DNA of 64,000 nucleotides from Thalia democratica. Taxonomy: Eukaryota. This document shows positions 24,971-36,000 of this stretch, one piece after another. The position numbers were made by a program, and so were the translations under genes. The notes below the pieces were generated by a model that made no database searches, was not told where the DNA came from, and worked only from the letters and a program-made list of their open reading frames with translations. Every line of letters starts with the position of its first letter. Positions within the stretch are counted from its first letter, which is position 1. The DNA is taken from the NCBI GenBank assembly GCA_965202585.1, contig OZ241830.1, forward strand, positions 8,432,001-8,496,000, written 5' to 3'.

Positions 24971-27935
24971 TATATCTTTCTTGGTTGAGTTTATTCACAA
25001 ACTAATTACAAGAATGATAAAGTCTGTAATACAAAACATAGTTGAACTAGGTAAATACTTATACATCTCCCCTCAGATTTTATCTACGAAGGAGATAAAA
25101 CGAAAAATTTACCTAGTGAAACAAAATTATTTTAAAACAATTTATTACAATTTAAACGCATTTTTCAGGTCTAAAATTCAACGAATTTAAACTCAAGAAG
25201 ACAAAAACATTTAAAAAATCACGATTAACTTAGTTCACTGTTAAATGATTTGCTATAACAAACTACAACTATAACAAACAAACAGTAACAAAAATTTGAG
25301 ACTTTACTTAATTCTAATTTACTAATTCTTTACTTTTCTTCATTTATTTACTGGTTGCAAGCATTCAAAAACTTAATTGCTTCACCGATTTGAACTTTTC
25401 AGCTTTGAAGAACGAAACCACACGCCACTCATCTAATTAACTTGAAACTTCACTTAATTTGCCGATAATCATCTTTATCATAATTTCGACGTCAAACAAA
25501 GTAGAATGTGCATTACTGATGGCATTAAACACTGAGGGAATACTGCTACACTTATTTTCCAAATACTCGATACCAACTAATAGTTCGAATTTTTGAAAGT
25601 CAATCCCTGCGTCCTCATCCAAGATTACTTTGAACAGATGGCTGTTAGACAAGTCTGCTGCAAAGTCAACTACAAACTTTATGACGTCACCATTAGACTG
25701 AAACTCATTCATTAGTTAGACAATAAAAATTAATTTACAGTGAACATTCCAACTTGACAATAAATGAATATCAGAAAAATCGGTGTCACGAAGCTTTTGA
25801 AAAGCATCATAAAGTCTCACACGAAAACGCTGCAAATAATCCGGTAATTTCACACTCTCATCCCGGACACATTATTGTTTGAAAGTAAACTTTGGTGGTC
25901 TGTTTGCTTAAGTCAAGAAAATATAGATCAAAGCAAATCCGAGCCATTCCAGTTCAACATCAATTTTGAAGAAAACCATTAGTACAGAGGGAAATTACAC
26001 AATGCTTATTCAAAAAGAATCTTCCTTCTGGAAACGCAGAACATCAAAACTTTTCTTGACATTTTTTTTCCTCAACTTTACCAGAAAAGACAAAGTTTAA
26101 CAGTGGTATGTTTGCTTTTCTCAGATAAGGAAAACTACTTAGACATTTGCAAACAGGAGGGGTAAATCTTCTCAGAAACTTACGATTTTGAACAGTTAAG
26201 CGATTTGATCCATCAACTTTGACAACACATTGTTGACAGTCCTTCACTTCCACCACCACTCCACTTTTCCCCCACTTGCTAGGAAAATTACCTGTTTGAT
26301 TTAGTATCACGACATGATCACCGCAATTAAAAGGTGGCAAAGATTTTTTGTTTTTACTTATATTCTCTAGAGACTTAACAAAACGAGTACTGAGAGATTC
26401 TTTCTTTTTATTCCAAATGTCAAGCCACGTTTTTGAGATCTGCGGGTTATTGTAAGTCATAACACTCTTTCTGACGTAAGGTAATGACTTCTTATCATTT
26501 GGAGGTAGGGTAGGATTGCATTGGGATTTTTGCGGTTTTCGTCGCCATCCAGTGTGTAGAAATACACTTTTCTGCCCATGTATCTCCTTTCTCTTCTTGA
26601 CGTTTTTACGCTCGAACATATTTTTCCTACGACCTCGGCTGCTAAAGATATCAAAGTTTTGTTTAGACAATCCACCAACCAGAAGAGCATTTAATTTATC
26701 AGCTTCTTTTTGGTGACTTTGATAAACTTTTTTACGGGACTTTATCCAGCATTGTATGCAAGCAAAACACTCAATATACCTCATATTGCTCCAAACAAAT
26801 TTATCAGTTGATTTATTACATATACCACGAGTTATTTTGCCATTTGGTTTTTGTGTGGTTTTCTTTAAGGATTTGTATACATTTGGTGTATACAATCTAC
26901 CAACTACAAGTGCATTTGATTTATCGGCATAATTTTGGTGACTTTGATAAACTTTTTTACAGGACTTTATCCAGCATTGTTTACAAGCAGAACACTCAAT
27001 ATACCTCATATTTTTACTGCTACAAACAAATTTATGAGTTGATTTATTACATATTCTACAAGTTATTTTACCACTTGGTTTTTATGTAATTTTCTTTGAG
27101 GATTTGTATGAGAAAACTGAGGCTGTAACAGCGGGTTTTGACTATGCATCACGTGCCATCTCTTTTCCTTCAAAAAAACCGATTGTCTCATTGACATTTC
27201 TTTCATCTAGACTTTCCCATCCTAGCACCTCTTTACGGATATCCTCATCCACTAAACCTAATACCATGACATCTTTTAGGATTATGTCTGTAAAATCTAT
27301 CATTTAATTACAGCCATCCTTGGGGCATTTACATGTGTACGAGCATGTAAAGGCTTTTCCCTTTAAACGGGCGGCAAATGATCTAGTATTTTCAGTCAAA
27401 TCCTGTCTTGCACTAAGAAAGTCTGATCGTCGTACAACAACTGCAAGCTGCTTGATCCTCCTTAAAAGCTCTTGCTCACTTAAATTACTACATATTAATA
27501 TCCCTTCAGAATAGCATCCCCTAGATCTTCTTCACATCACTGTTACAGTTGACGGCGTTTTTCTACATCTGTCATCTCTTTGCTATCTTTAAAAATAGTC
27601 CACTTCTGTACAAATATGTTCCAACTCTCTTCATTGCAGTCTGTCCCTATTCGAGGACGGTCCATCTTTGGAGGCTTTGGTTTTAAAGAATTTGCACCAA
27701 TGTGAACATTGTTGTAAATGATAAGCAAAGAGGCAACTACAGAAGAATCGACGTCTGGTGTTTCATATGAGCAACTCTCAAGAGGGCATTTATTCACAGG
27801 CATTGTTGATTCAATTCAGCTTGACTTTATCATAAATAAATATATCTTTCTTGGTTGAGTTTATTCACAAACTAATTACAAGAATGATAAAGTCTGTAAT
27901 ACAAAACACAGTTAAACTAGGTAAATACTTATACA
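24971..27935 (-). mobile_element. Inverted second copy of the Mag-like element, right arm of palindrome
   Basis: LTRs at 24971-25065 and 27841-27935 (both 95 bp). Mirror-image ORFs (26044..27009, 27543..27803, 25437..25712). Confidence 0.8.
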
Positions 27936-27938
27936 AAA

Positions 27939-28070
27939 GATATATTGGTTTGTATTTTGTAATATCATGTTTTTCATAGTAGTTTAAAATACAGTTTTTA
28001 TGGATACATAAAAACTGTATTTTAAACTACTATGAAAAATATGATATTACAAAATACAAACTAATATATC
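27939..28070. repeat. 132-bp near-perfect hairpin (64-bp arms, loop GATA) at the outer edge of the palindrome
   Basis: gatatattggtttgtattttg...acagtttttatg | gata | cataaaaactgt...caaaatacaaactaatatatc; two mismatches seen. Confidence 0.9.
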
Positions 28071-29004
28071 GTTAAATAACTGTTAACCTTATCTGATTAA
28101 AAAGCTCAAGCTTTTTTTTATACTGACCTAAAGGGTTAAACTTATTTCATGAAATTAAAAACTTAATTACATTTTATTTTAGAATTTGTATTTATTTACA
28201 ATCCTATCAAAGTAAAAATAGAAACAATCAAATATAAGCATAATTATATAAAGCTAAAAATTTGCGAAAATCTGCTTTAATATAACTTACCTTTTCCTTA
28301 TTTTAACGGTTTTATTTATTTAATTTTCTTTGCATAAATGTTTGACATTCTGTAAAAAACTTTAAATATAAATAAAACATTTATAAAATCTACTAAAAAT
28401 TTTTTTTTAATGAAAACATTAACAAAATAAGCTTTATAAATTGTCAGAATGTATAAAAAATATATTTATCATAAACAAACTACCAACAACATTTACATTA
28501 ATCGGGATTGTCACTCTTTAAGTCAAAAAATCTGCCCTGTGTAACCTTAAACTGTCCTGAGTCACCTCGAGATTTTTCAAATCCTTGGAAAAAAATTAAC
28601 ATCTCTTCTACATCAATAAAATCAAGTCTTTAACAAAGTTGGTTATAAAAAAAATATTGAAACTATTTTAACTAAGTCTCATACAATAAATATGATAACT
28701 AGCCTAAAATTTTGAAAGTCATAAAACTACCCGGATGTATTTATTAAAAATTAAAAATACCTTGAGGTTCTCAGAATCTCAAAGAGATTTTCTAAACTTT
28801 TAGTATACCCTAGTTTCCCTGAGTTTTTGGCAACCCGTGATTGGTATAATTAATAAAAGATAACAAACAAATTATTTAAAAATATATGGTTTTTGTAAAT
28901 TTTACTTCTGCACTAAAACAATATAAAATTAATCAAATCATTTATTTAAAGCTGTTCTCTTTAAAAACATATAACAAATTAAGTTCTCCTTTTATTGCTA
29001 AAAA

Positions 29005-29414
29005 CAGGGTTGCTAAATCTTTTTAGAAAATTTTCTCCAGGTTTTTAAAAAATCCTCCAGGCTTTCGGAAGTACACACTTTTGTATCTATTTGTAGTTTA
29101 AAGTTTATTTTGAGGTTAAAAACTGTGTTAAATTGTATGCCAACATTCAAAAGATACTGTTAACCTACTTTAAAACTGTTTTTAAAAAAAAAAATGATGA
29201 TACTAAAAAAAATCTATAACCTATATGATAGATTTCTTTGTGTCAAATCAAAATTGTACTACTTAATATCTAAAATTGGTTAAAATTATAGGTTTTTTAG
29301 TAATTTTTGTTCAAAACTCCAAGTAATTTTTTTTATTTCAAAAATTCAAGATTTTTCCAGGTATTTTAGTCTAAATTGTAAATTTCCAAAGTAATAGGTT
29401 TTTCGGCAACCCTT
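29005..29414. mobile_element. hAT-like MITE with CAGGGTTGC...GCAACCCT ends
   Basis: cagggttgc at 29005; ggcaaccct at 29405-29413. Confidence 0.6.
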
Positions 29415-29517
29415 TAAAGATAACGATATAACTTAAGTTGTTTTTAGATTTTGTTTTCATAGAAATCTTTTATTCCAAAAAGTAGAACATCAAAAAAGTA
29501 AAAAAACGTCAAAAAAT

Positions 29518-29870
29518 TGTGAGTTACGCATTTGGTGGACCAACATCCAAAATCTCAGTTGGGTCTGGCTGACTGTCTGTGGGAAGATTGTCAACCTGAC
29601 CTTTTTGCCCATATTTTTCCTGCAGACGGGGTGACTTCCTAGCACGTTTATGCTTAGGACCCTCTGCGGGCAGTTTGGTACTTGTATTATTTAAACTAGA
29701 CATAATAAAAATAAAATTGTTTTATTTATCAAACTTATTATAATGTATCAGTGAATTTTATCTATCAATACTTAAGACTATTTTAGACTACTTTATATAA
29801 ATTAGGCAATATAGTATGGTGATTTATTATACAAAAGAACCATGCAACAGTTTTATAAAATTTCTTAATC
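29518..29870 (-). mobile_element. Old, diverged LTR remnant of the Gag-CSD family
   Basis: Aligns with 36302-36640. The minus-strand frame from ATG 29703 gives MSSLNNTSTKLPAEGPKHKRARKSPRLQEKYGQKGQVDNLPTDSQPDPTEILDVGPP, colinear with the N-terminus of the 694-aa ORF. Ends ...CTCACA at 29518 with no PBS after it. Confidence 0.8.
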
Positions 29871-30567
29871 AAAAAATATAAGCTGATTTTAAAACTTTTA
29901 TAAATTACTAGGCAAGTGTTTTTTAATGAAACGTCGCAAAATTTATTTTAAGACATATTTCTCATGACTGCAGCAAGCTTTAAACATTCTCTTACTATTC
30001 AGAGTTCAAGAATGAACAATAAAAGTAGTTGCAGCAGTTCATTGCGAATTAAATAACATTTTATTGTTAACAGATTTTTTTTTTATTTTTAGAACATTGT
30101 TTTTAAAATAAATATTAAAATGTTTGAAGTTATAACATATATTTCATAAATTAAAATTAAAAGTTAAATAATTTACAAAATATTAACAAAAAATATATAG
30201 ATAAAAGTATTCAAGCATCTCTTTTAATATAACATATTTAAGTTGTGTTTTTTTTTTGTTTAAATACTGCAGCAGTTCATAACAATAAGCAAACATAAAA
30301 AATAACAAAACATATGATGAAAAAATAAGAGCAGTTATACAAAAAGCTGAGATTAAACGCCTTAACTATTTACTTAATTTCATTTCAGAGTCTAAGAAAA
30401 ATAATATATCATAGCAATTATACTGTGTGCAAAACTCTAAATAAAAATTGATAATGATTTTGTAAGTGAGAAAACCCATTTTTTATCCACTCAAGCGTGA
30501 AATCATCAACTAGTTTTACATTTTATTAAACTTTTGACTATTAATTAAGTAAAATTCGAAAAATTTA

Positions 30568-30728
30568 AAGTGGTCTACCGAGTCCAAAATTTTTGATTCG
30601 GCAAAATCCGAATCTAAGTCTTATTTTGAAATTTTATATTCGGCCGAATCCGAGTCCGAGTCTTATTTTGAAATTAGGATTCGGCCGAGTCTGAATCCGA
30701 GTCCAAGTCTTGGATTCGGTAGATCACA
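30568..30728. mobile_element. Complete ~160-bp MITE of the TAGTGATCTACCG family
   Basis: agtggtctaccga ... tcggtagatcaca inverted ends; internal ccgagt/ccgaat repeats. Confidence 0.65.
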
Positions 30729-31029
30729 AATAAAAACATATTTATAAGTTACGTTTAAAAAGTAATCCTAAAACTTAGAGTTTTACTACCTTTTGTGTAA
30801 CGAAAACAAAATACAATTAATATTTTTGATAGTTTCAACACAAAAGTATCAGATTTAAAATAAACTATTAGTTTATTTTAGATAATAAAGTAAGACTATA
30901 CAGCAGACACTTAAAATATTCTAAAAAAAGTGTGAAAAATATTCCGTGGTATTAACATGGATGAGCATATAAAAAATATGTTTTGATCTGAAAATCATTA
31001 AAATGTAAACATTTGAGAAAAAAAAACTG

Positions 31030-31801
31030 TGTAATGAATACGTGCATTATTCATTATTCAAAGTTGAGCTCAGAGAATATTTTGAGTTTGACACGCTTCA
31101 TTGCACTAGCCAATGAGAATCATCTGACGTGTTTCAAACTAATTCTGATGCAACTAAATATCAGAAAAGGACAGTCAGTGTATTTGTAAGCAGTTGGTGA
31201 GTTGGTGTGCAGCTGGAACTACCTTGTATTGAATTGTGATTGTGTATTGTAAGTATTGTTTTGTGTTAAAAGTGAACATTTTAACTGGTATTTAATTGTT
31301 TTAATATTTAAGCCAGGTTTATAGTTAATAGTTTATTCTTTTACAGTTTCTTCTTTACTAAAAGTTTTATTAAATTTTTAGTTTATTGTTTAAAGTCTTT
31401 TAAAGAGATTTAAATAGATTGTAGTTTCTAAAAAGTTTGTCATAGTAATTTATAGTTTTGTATATGCTTTTATTTCTTGTTTTGTTTTATATAAAGAGTC
31501 ATCACTTAAAACTGTCTGTCTGATTTATATATAATAGTCTAGAGTAGCTTTAAGTGTTTTATATATTTTCCACTGATAATTACAAATTAGCACTTATAAA
31601 TAAGTTATAGTACTATGTCCCACTTAGAGAATATTAATGATAAGTTGCCTGCAGCGGGTCCTGAAAATAAGCCTGTTAGAAGGTCACCCCGCTTGCAGGA
31701 AAAGTCTGAACAAAAAGGTCAGGTTGACTATCTGCCCACAGTAAGTCACCCTGACCAAACTGAGGCTTTAGATGTTGGGTCACCAACATCGGTAGCCCAC
31801 A
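31030..31801 (+). repeat. 5' LTR, variant A (772 bp); contains the ORF start codon at 31615
   Basis: TG...CA ends; direct repeat of 39572-40343; CCAAT (~31111) and a TGACGT motif (~31125) in the upstream part. Confidence 0.92.
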
Positions 31802-31802
31802 A

Positions 31803-31820
31803 TGGCGTCCTCGGGTGGGC
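31803..31820 (+). promoter_or_regulatory. 18-nt primer-binding-site / tRNA copy, complementary to a tRNA-Asn(GUU)-type 3' end
   Basis: TGGCGTCCTCGGGTGGGC lies 1 nt after the LTR. Its reverse complement GCCCACCCGAGGACGCCA matches 16/18 of the human tRNA-Asn 3' end as I recall it (GCCCACCCAGGGACGCCA). Confidence 0.85.
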
Positions 31821-32074
31821 TACCGATGTTGGTATCAGTGTAATAACAGAAGCAAAAGACACAATAATGTAGGTTGGCAGGAAAACCAAAATCTGTTTCA
31901 TAATAACCACAGTAGTAACAAGCCTAATCAAAATTACTGTAGGCTAGAAGGTACAAATAATGGCAGAGTCCACTATAACTACAAGACCCAAGACAATAAC
32001 CATGATGTAAATGATTATCATCCAAACCATAATATTTCTAAAGTACATGGAAAAAATGATAGAACAGTAAAATC

Positions 32075-33023
32075 GTCACCAACATCGGTAGCCCACAATG
32101 GCGTCCTCTTAAGTAGTGAGAACTACCAATCTTTAAACCAACAGTTAAATAAGTCAGAGTTTGAGGAAAATAAGATACAAACCACTTGTAATAAAATTGG
32201 GCCCTACAGAATTGAAAATGAAAGTAAGGTAAGCACCAATAGGCAGCAGCAGGCTTTAGATTATGAAAGTGCACTAGAAGTGGAAGACTTGGAGATAGAG
32301 AAACTCACAAAGCTAGTAGCCCAAGCTAAAATTTTAGAAAAGAAGGCCATCTTAAAAAAGGAATTAAACTCTATTTATAATAGATTAGATGAAGGTCAAA
32401 ACAAATTCCAAAGTAAGATAAGTTATAGTGATAGCAGTCCTGTATATACTTCTTCCAACACTGTAGGGGCTACACATAACATCAGTCTGAAACAAAGGAC
32501 TTTAGAGAACTGCAAACTTTTTCCCCAGATTGAAGCCATAAGGGACCCTGTTATTGAGTTAAGATTTTTTGAGGATAGGTGTAGTACTTATGGCATCACT
32601 GATGATACAGAAAAGTTTGAAATTCTTCAAAGAATCTGGCCGCGTGCTGACATAATAGACTTTGTTGAAGCTTATGATGAGGACCGAACATACTACAATT
32701 TGTTTAAATTTTTAGAAGGCAAAGGCAGTAAGTTGCCTCGAATCTTAGGTGTGAGCCCATCATGGTCGGGACCAGTAAAATTTCAAAACTTGTTTCTGTC
32801 AGCCAAACAATGGGCAAGAGCAGCTGAGGAAGACAGAATTAAATATTTTATGTATGTACATGCCCCAGATAATCTGAAAAAGAAAATTAAAGAATGCTTT
32901 GGGCTTGGTTATAATGAGTTCTTAAGACGGGCTGAATCAATATGCAACATTGAAGAACAGAGAGTTGTAGAGCAAGCCAAACATGTTTCGTATGAACCTC
33001 ACAAACCATACTATGGTAGGAAC
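32075..33023 (+). pseudogene. Truncated Gag-like body (variant A), broken at GGTAGGAAC before the CSD
   Basis: Begins with the last 23 nt of the LTR plus a 10-nt PBS. Nearly identical to 37065-37993. Ends at a fold-back junction. Confidence 0.85.
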
Positions 33024-33039
33024 GATGTTGATAGCCCAT

Positions 33040-36000
33040 TGTGGGCTATCGATGTTGGTGGCCCAACATTTAAAGCCTCAGTTTGGTCAGGGTGACTTAC
33101 TGTGGGCAGATAGTCAACCTGACCTTTTTGTTCAGACTTTTCCTGCAAGCGGGGTGACCTTCTAACAGGCTTATTTTCAGGACCCGCTGCAGGCAACTTA
33201 TCATTAATATTCTCTAAGTGGGACATAGTACTATAACTTATTTATAAGTGCTAATTTGTAATTATCAGTGGAAAATATATATAAAACACTTAAAGCTACT
33301 CTAGACTATTTTATATAAATCAGACAGACAGTTTTAAGTGATGACTCTTTATATAAAACAAAACAAGAAATAATAGCATATACAAAACTATAAATTAGTA
33401 TGACAAACTTTTTAGAAACTACAATCTATTTAAATTTCTTTAAAAGACTTTAAACAATAAACTAAAAATTAAATAAAACTTTTAGTAAAGAAGAAACTGT
33501 AAAAGAATAAATTTTTAACTATAAACCTGGCTTAAATATTAAAACAATTAAATACCAGTTAAAATATTCACTTTTAACACAAAACAATTCTTACAATACA
33601 CAATCACAAAACAAGTTCAATATGTTGTTGCTTCCAGCTGCACACCAACTCACCAACTGCTTACAAATCCACTGACTGTCATTTTCTGATATTTAGTTGC
33701 ATCAGAATTAGTTTGAAACACGTCAGATGATTCTCATTGGCTAGTGCAATGAAGCGTGTCAAACTCAAAATAATGACAATGCAAGGAAATTTGCACTGTC
33801 ATTACACTTCCTCTTCTTCCCTTCTCTTTTGGAAGAGGATCCTCACTCCTTCTTCTTCTCTCCTGCTAGCAGAATTCTAAGATTGTGTTCCCCGAAACCT
33901 AATTGGTAAACAGCAAAAAAAACCAAAATAAAGGAACAGTGTAACGCATAAATAAATTCAAACTAGTCAGTAACTAATTTAAAAATCAAATTGAAATAGA
34001 ATATTAATAGGAGAGAGAAAAATTAAGTATTTGGTTTTCTTATAATAAAAAAAATTATATAATAACATAAGTTTTATCAGAATAACTAACTCAGTAAAAA
34101 AATCTTAGACAACATGGTAAAAAAAAAAAAAAAAATGGTATCAACATAATAGTATTTGCACAATAAATAAAATAAAATATCAATAAATTTACAGTTACAA
34201 TTCCAAATATTATTTTTACTATAAATAGATAAACAACTCTTAATCAAAATATTAAACTCAAAAAAAAATCTTTGGCAATATAGTATCAATTGGTATTAGA
34301 ATCAAAATTTTTTCACAAAAAAAAAAAAAAAAAACACATGTTTAGTCATACAGAATCATCACTCAACTGTCATGCCTAACTTAACCCTAGAATACAAAGA
34401 ATTTTAAGTCAGCCTTTCTAAAACTTTATTTCTTAATTTGTCAATTCTAAGTTTAATATTTTCAACATGTTCTTCAATTTTTAGACCTTCTTTAATCAAC
34501 TCATCTTTTTCTGAAATTAATTTCAGAATCTCACTCTGAGGTTTAACCTGTTCATTTTTATTGCTATTAGGTTGATAGCCTGTAGAGTTAACTTTTAATA
34601 AATCATTTTGAGAATTAGTATGGGTGCTTTCTTTTGAAAATTGTCTATCATCAGTTACTTCAACCTTATGGGTTAATTGGTGGTTGTGTTTTACCTTACA
34701 ACTGTTTTGCTCTTCTCTCTGCTGTTTGTCTCTTACTTTACAACCACTGACAAAATAACATTTTAGTTGAGGCCTCTGTTGCCTGTTAAACCTCTGGTTA
34801 TAGCTTGGCCACCTGTCTTGGGCATATTTGGAACCTTTAACTGGTTTGTTATTAGGACCTGTTACATTCACAGCCTGTGGTAAATTTCTTTTACTCATTA
34901 CAACATTAAATTGAACAGCCTCACCTTGTGCAAGTGACCTTATAAACTTGTTCGGGTTGTTTTTACTAATTTCAGTGTGATGAACAAAAACATCACTGTT
35001 CTTATTATCACAATGAATGAATCCATAGCCCTTTTTAACATTAAACCACACAACTCGGCCTGTTACTCCATATGCTGTAATTTTTCTGGGAGCTTTAGGT
35101 TTAAATTTTTGTGCCTTTCTGGTTGAATGTACTGAATTAATTTTAGTCATTGCAAATTTACAGTGTTTTACTGTTCTGTTATTACCTTCATGTGGTGAAG
35201 TATTTTGGTTTTGATAGCCTTCATTTTGTTTGTTGTCATAGTGGTTTCTGTCATTATTTGTACATTGGTTGTCTCCCAGCCTATAGTACTCTTGATTAGG
35301 GTGGTTACTACTGTGGTTATTATAAAAAAAATTTTGATTTTGCTGCCAACCTACATTATTGTGACTCTTACTTCTGTACCTACCATAGTATGGTTTGTGA
35401 GGTTCATATGAAATATTTTTGACTTGTTCACAAACTTTCTGTTCTTCAATGTTGCATATTGATTCAGCCCGTCTTAAGAACTCATTATAACCAAGCCCAA
35501 AACATTCTTTAATTTTCTTTTTCAGATTATCTGGGGCATGTACATACATAAAATATTTAATTCTGTCTTCCTCAGCTGCTCTTGCCCATTGTTTGGCTGA
35601 CAGAAACAAGTTTTGAAATTTTACTGGTCCCGACCATGATGGGCTCACACCTAAGATTCGAGGCAACTTACTGCCTTTGCCTTCTAAAAATTTAAACAAA
35701 TTGTAGTATGTTCGGTCCTCATCATAAGCTTCAACAAAGTCTATTATGTCAGCACGCGGCCAGATTCTTTGAAGAATTTCAAACTTTTTTGTATCATCAG
35801 TGATGCCATAAGTACTACACCTATCCTCAAAAAATCTTAACTCAATAACAGGGTCCCTTATGGCTTTAATCTGGGGAAAAAGTTTGCAGTTCTCTAAAGT
35901 CCTTTGTTTCAGACTGATGTTATGTGTAGCCCCTACAGTGTTGGAAGAAGTATATACAGGACTGCTGTCACTATAACTTATCTTACTTTGGAATTTGTTT

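Noticed and set aside
29514-30181. Possible AAAT target-site duplication delimiting the old LTR as a 660-bp solo LTR
   Set aside because: A 4-bp A/T match is expected by chance here, and I could not align the distal ~300 bp to the young LTR.
31249-31346. GTAAGT...ttcttttacAG possible intron inside the LTR
   Set aside because: Such motifs are common in AT-rich DNA, and it is retained in all LTR copies; it cannot be supported without transcripts.
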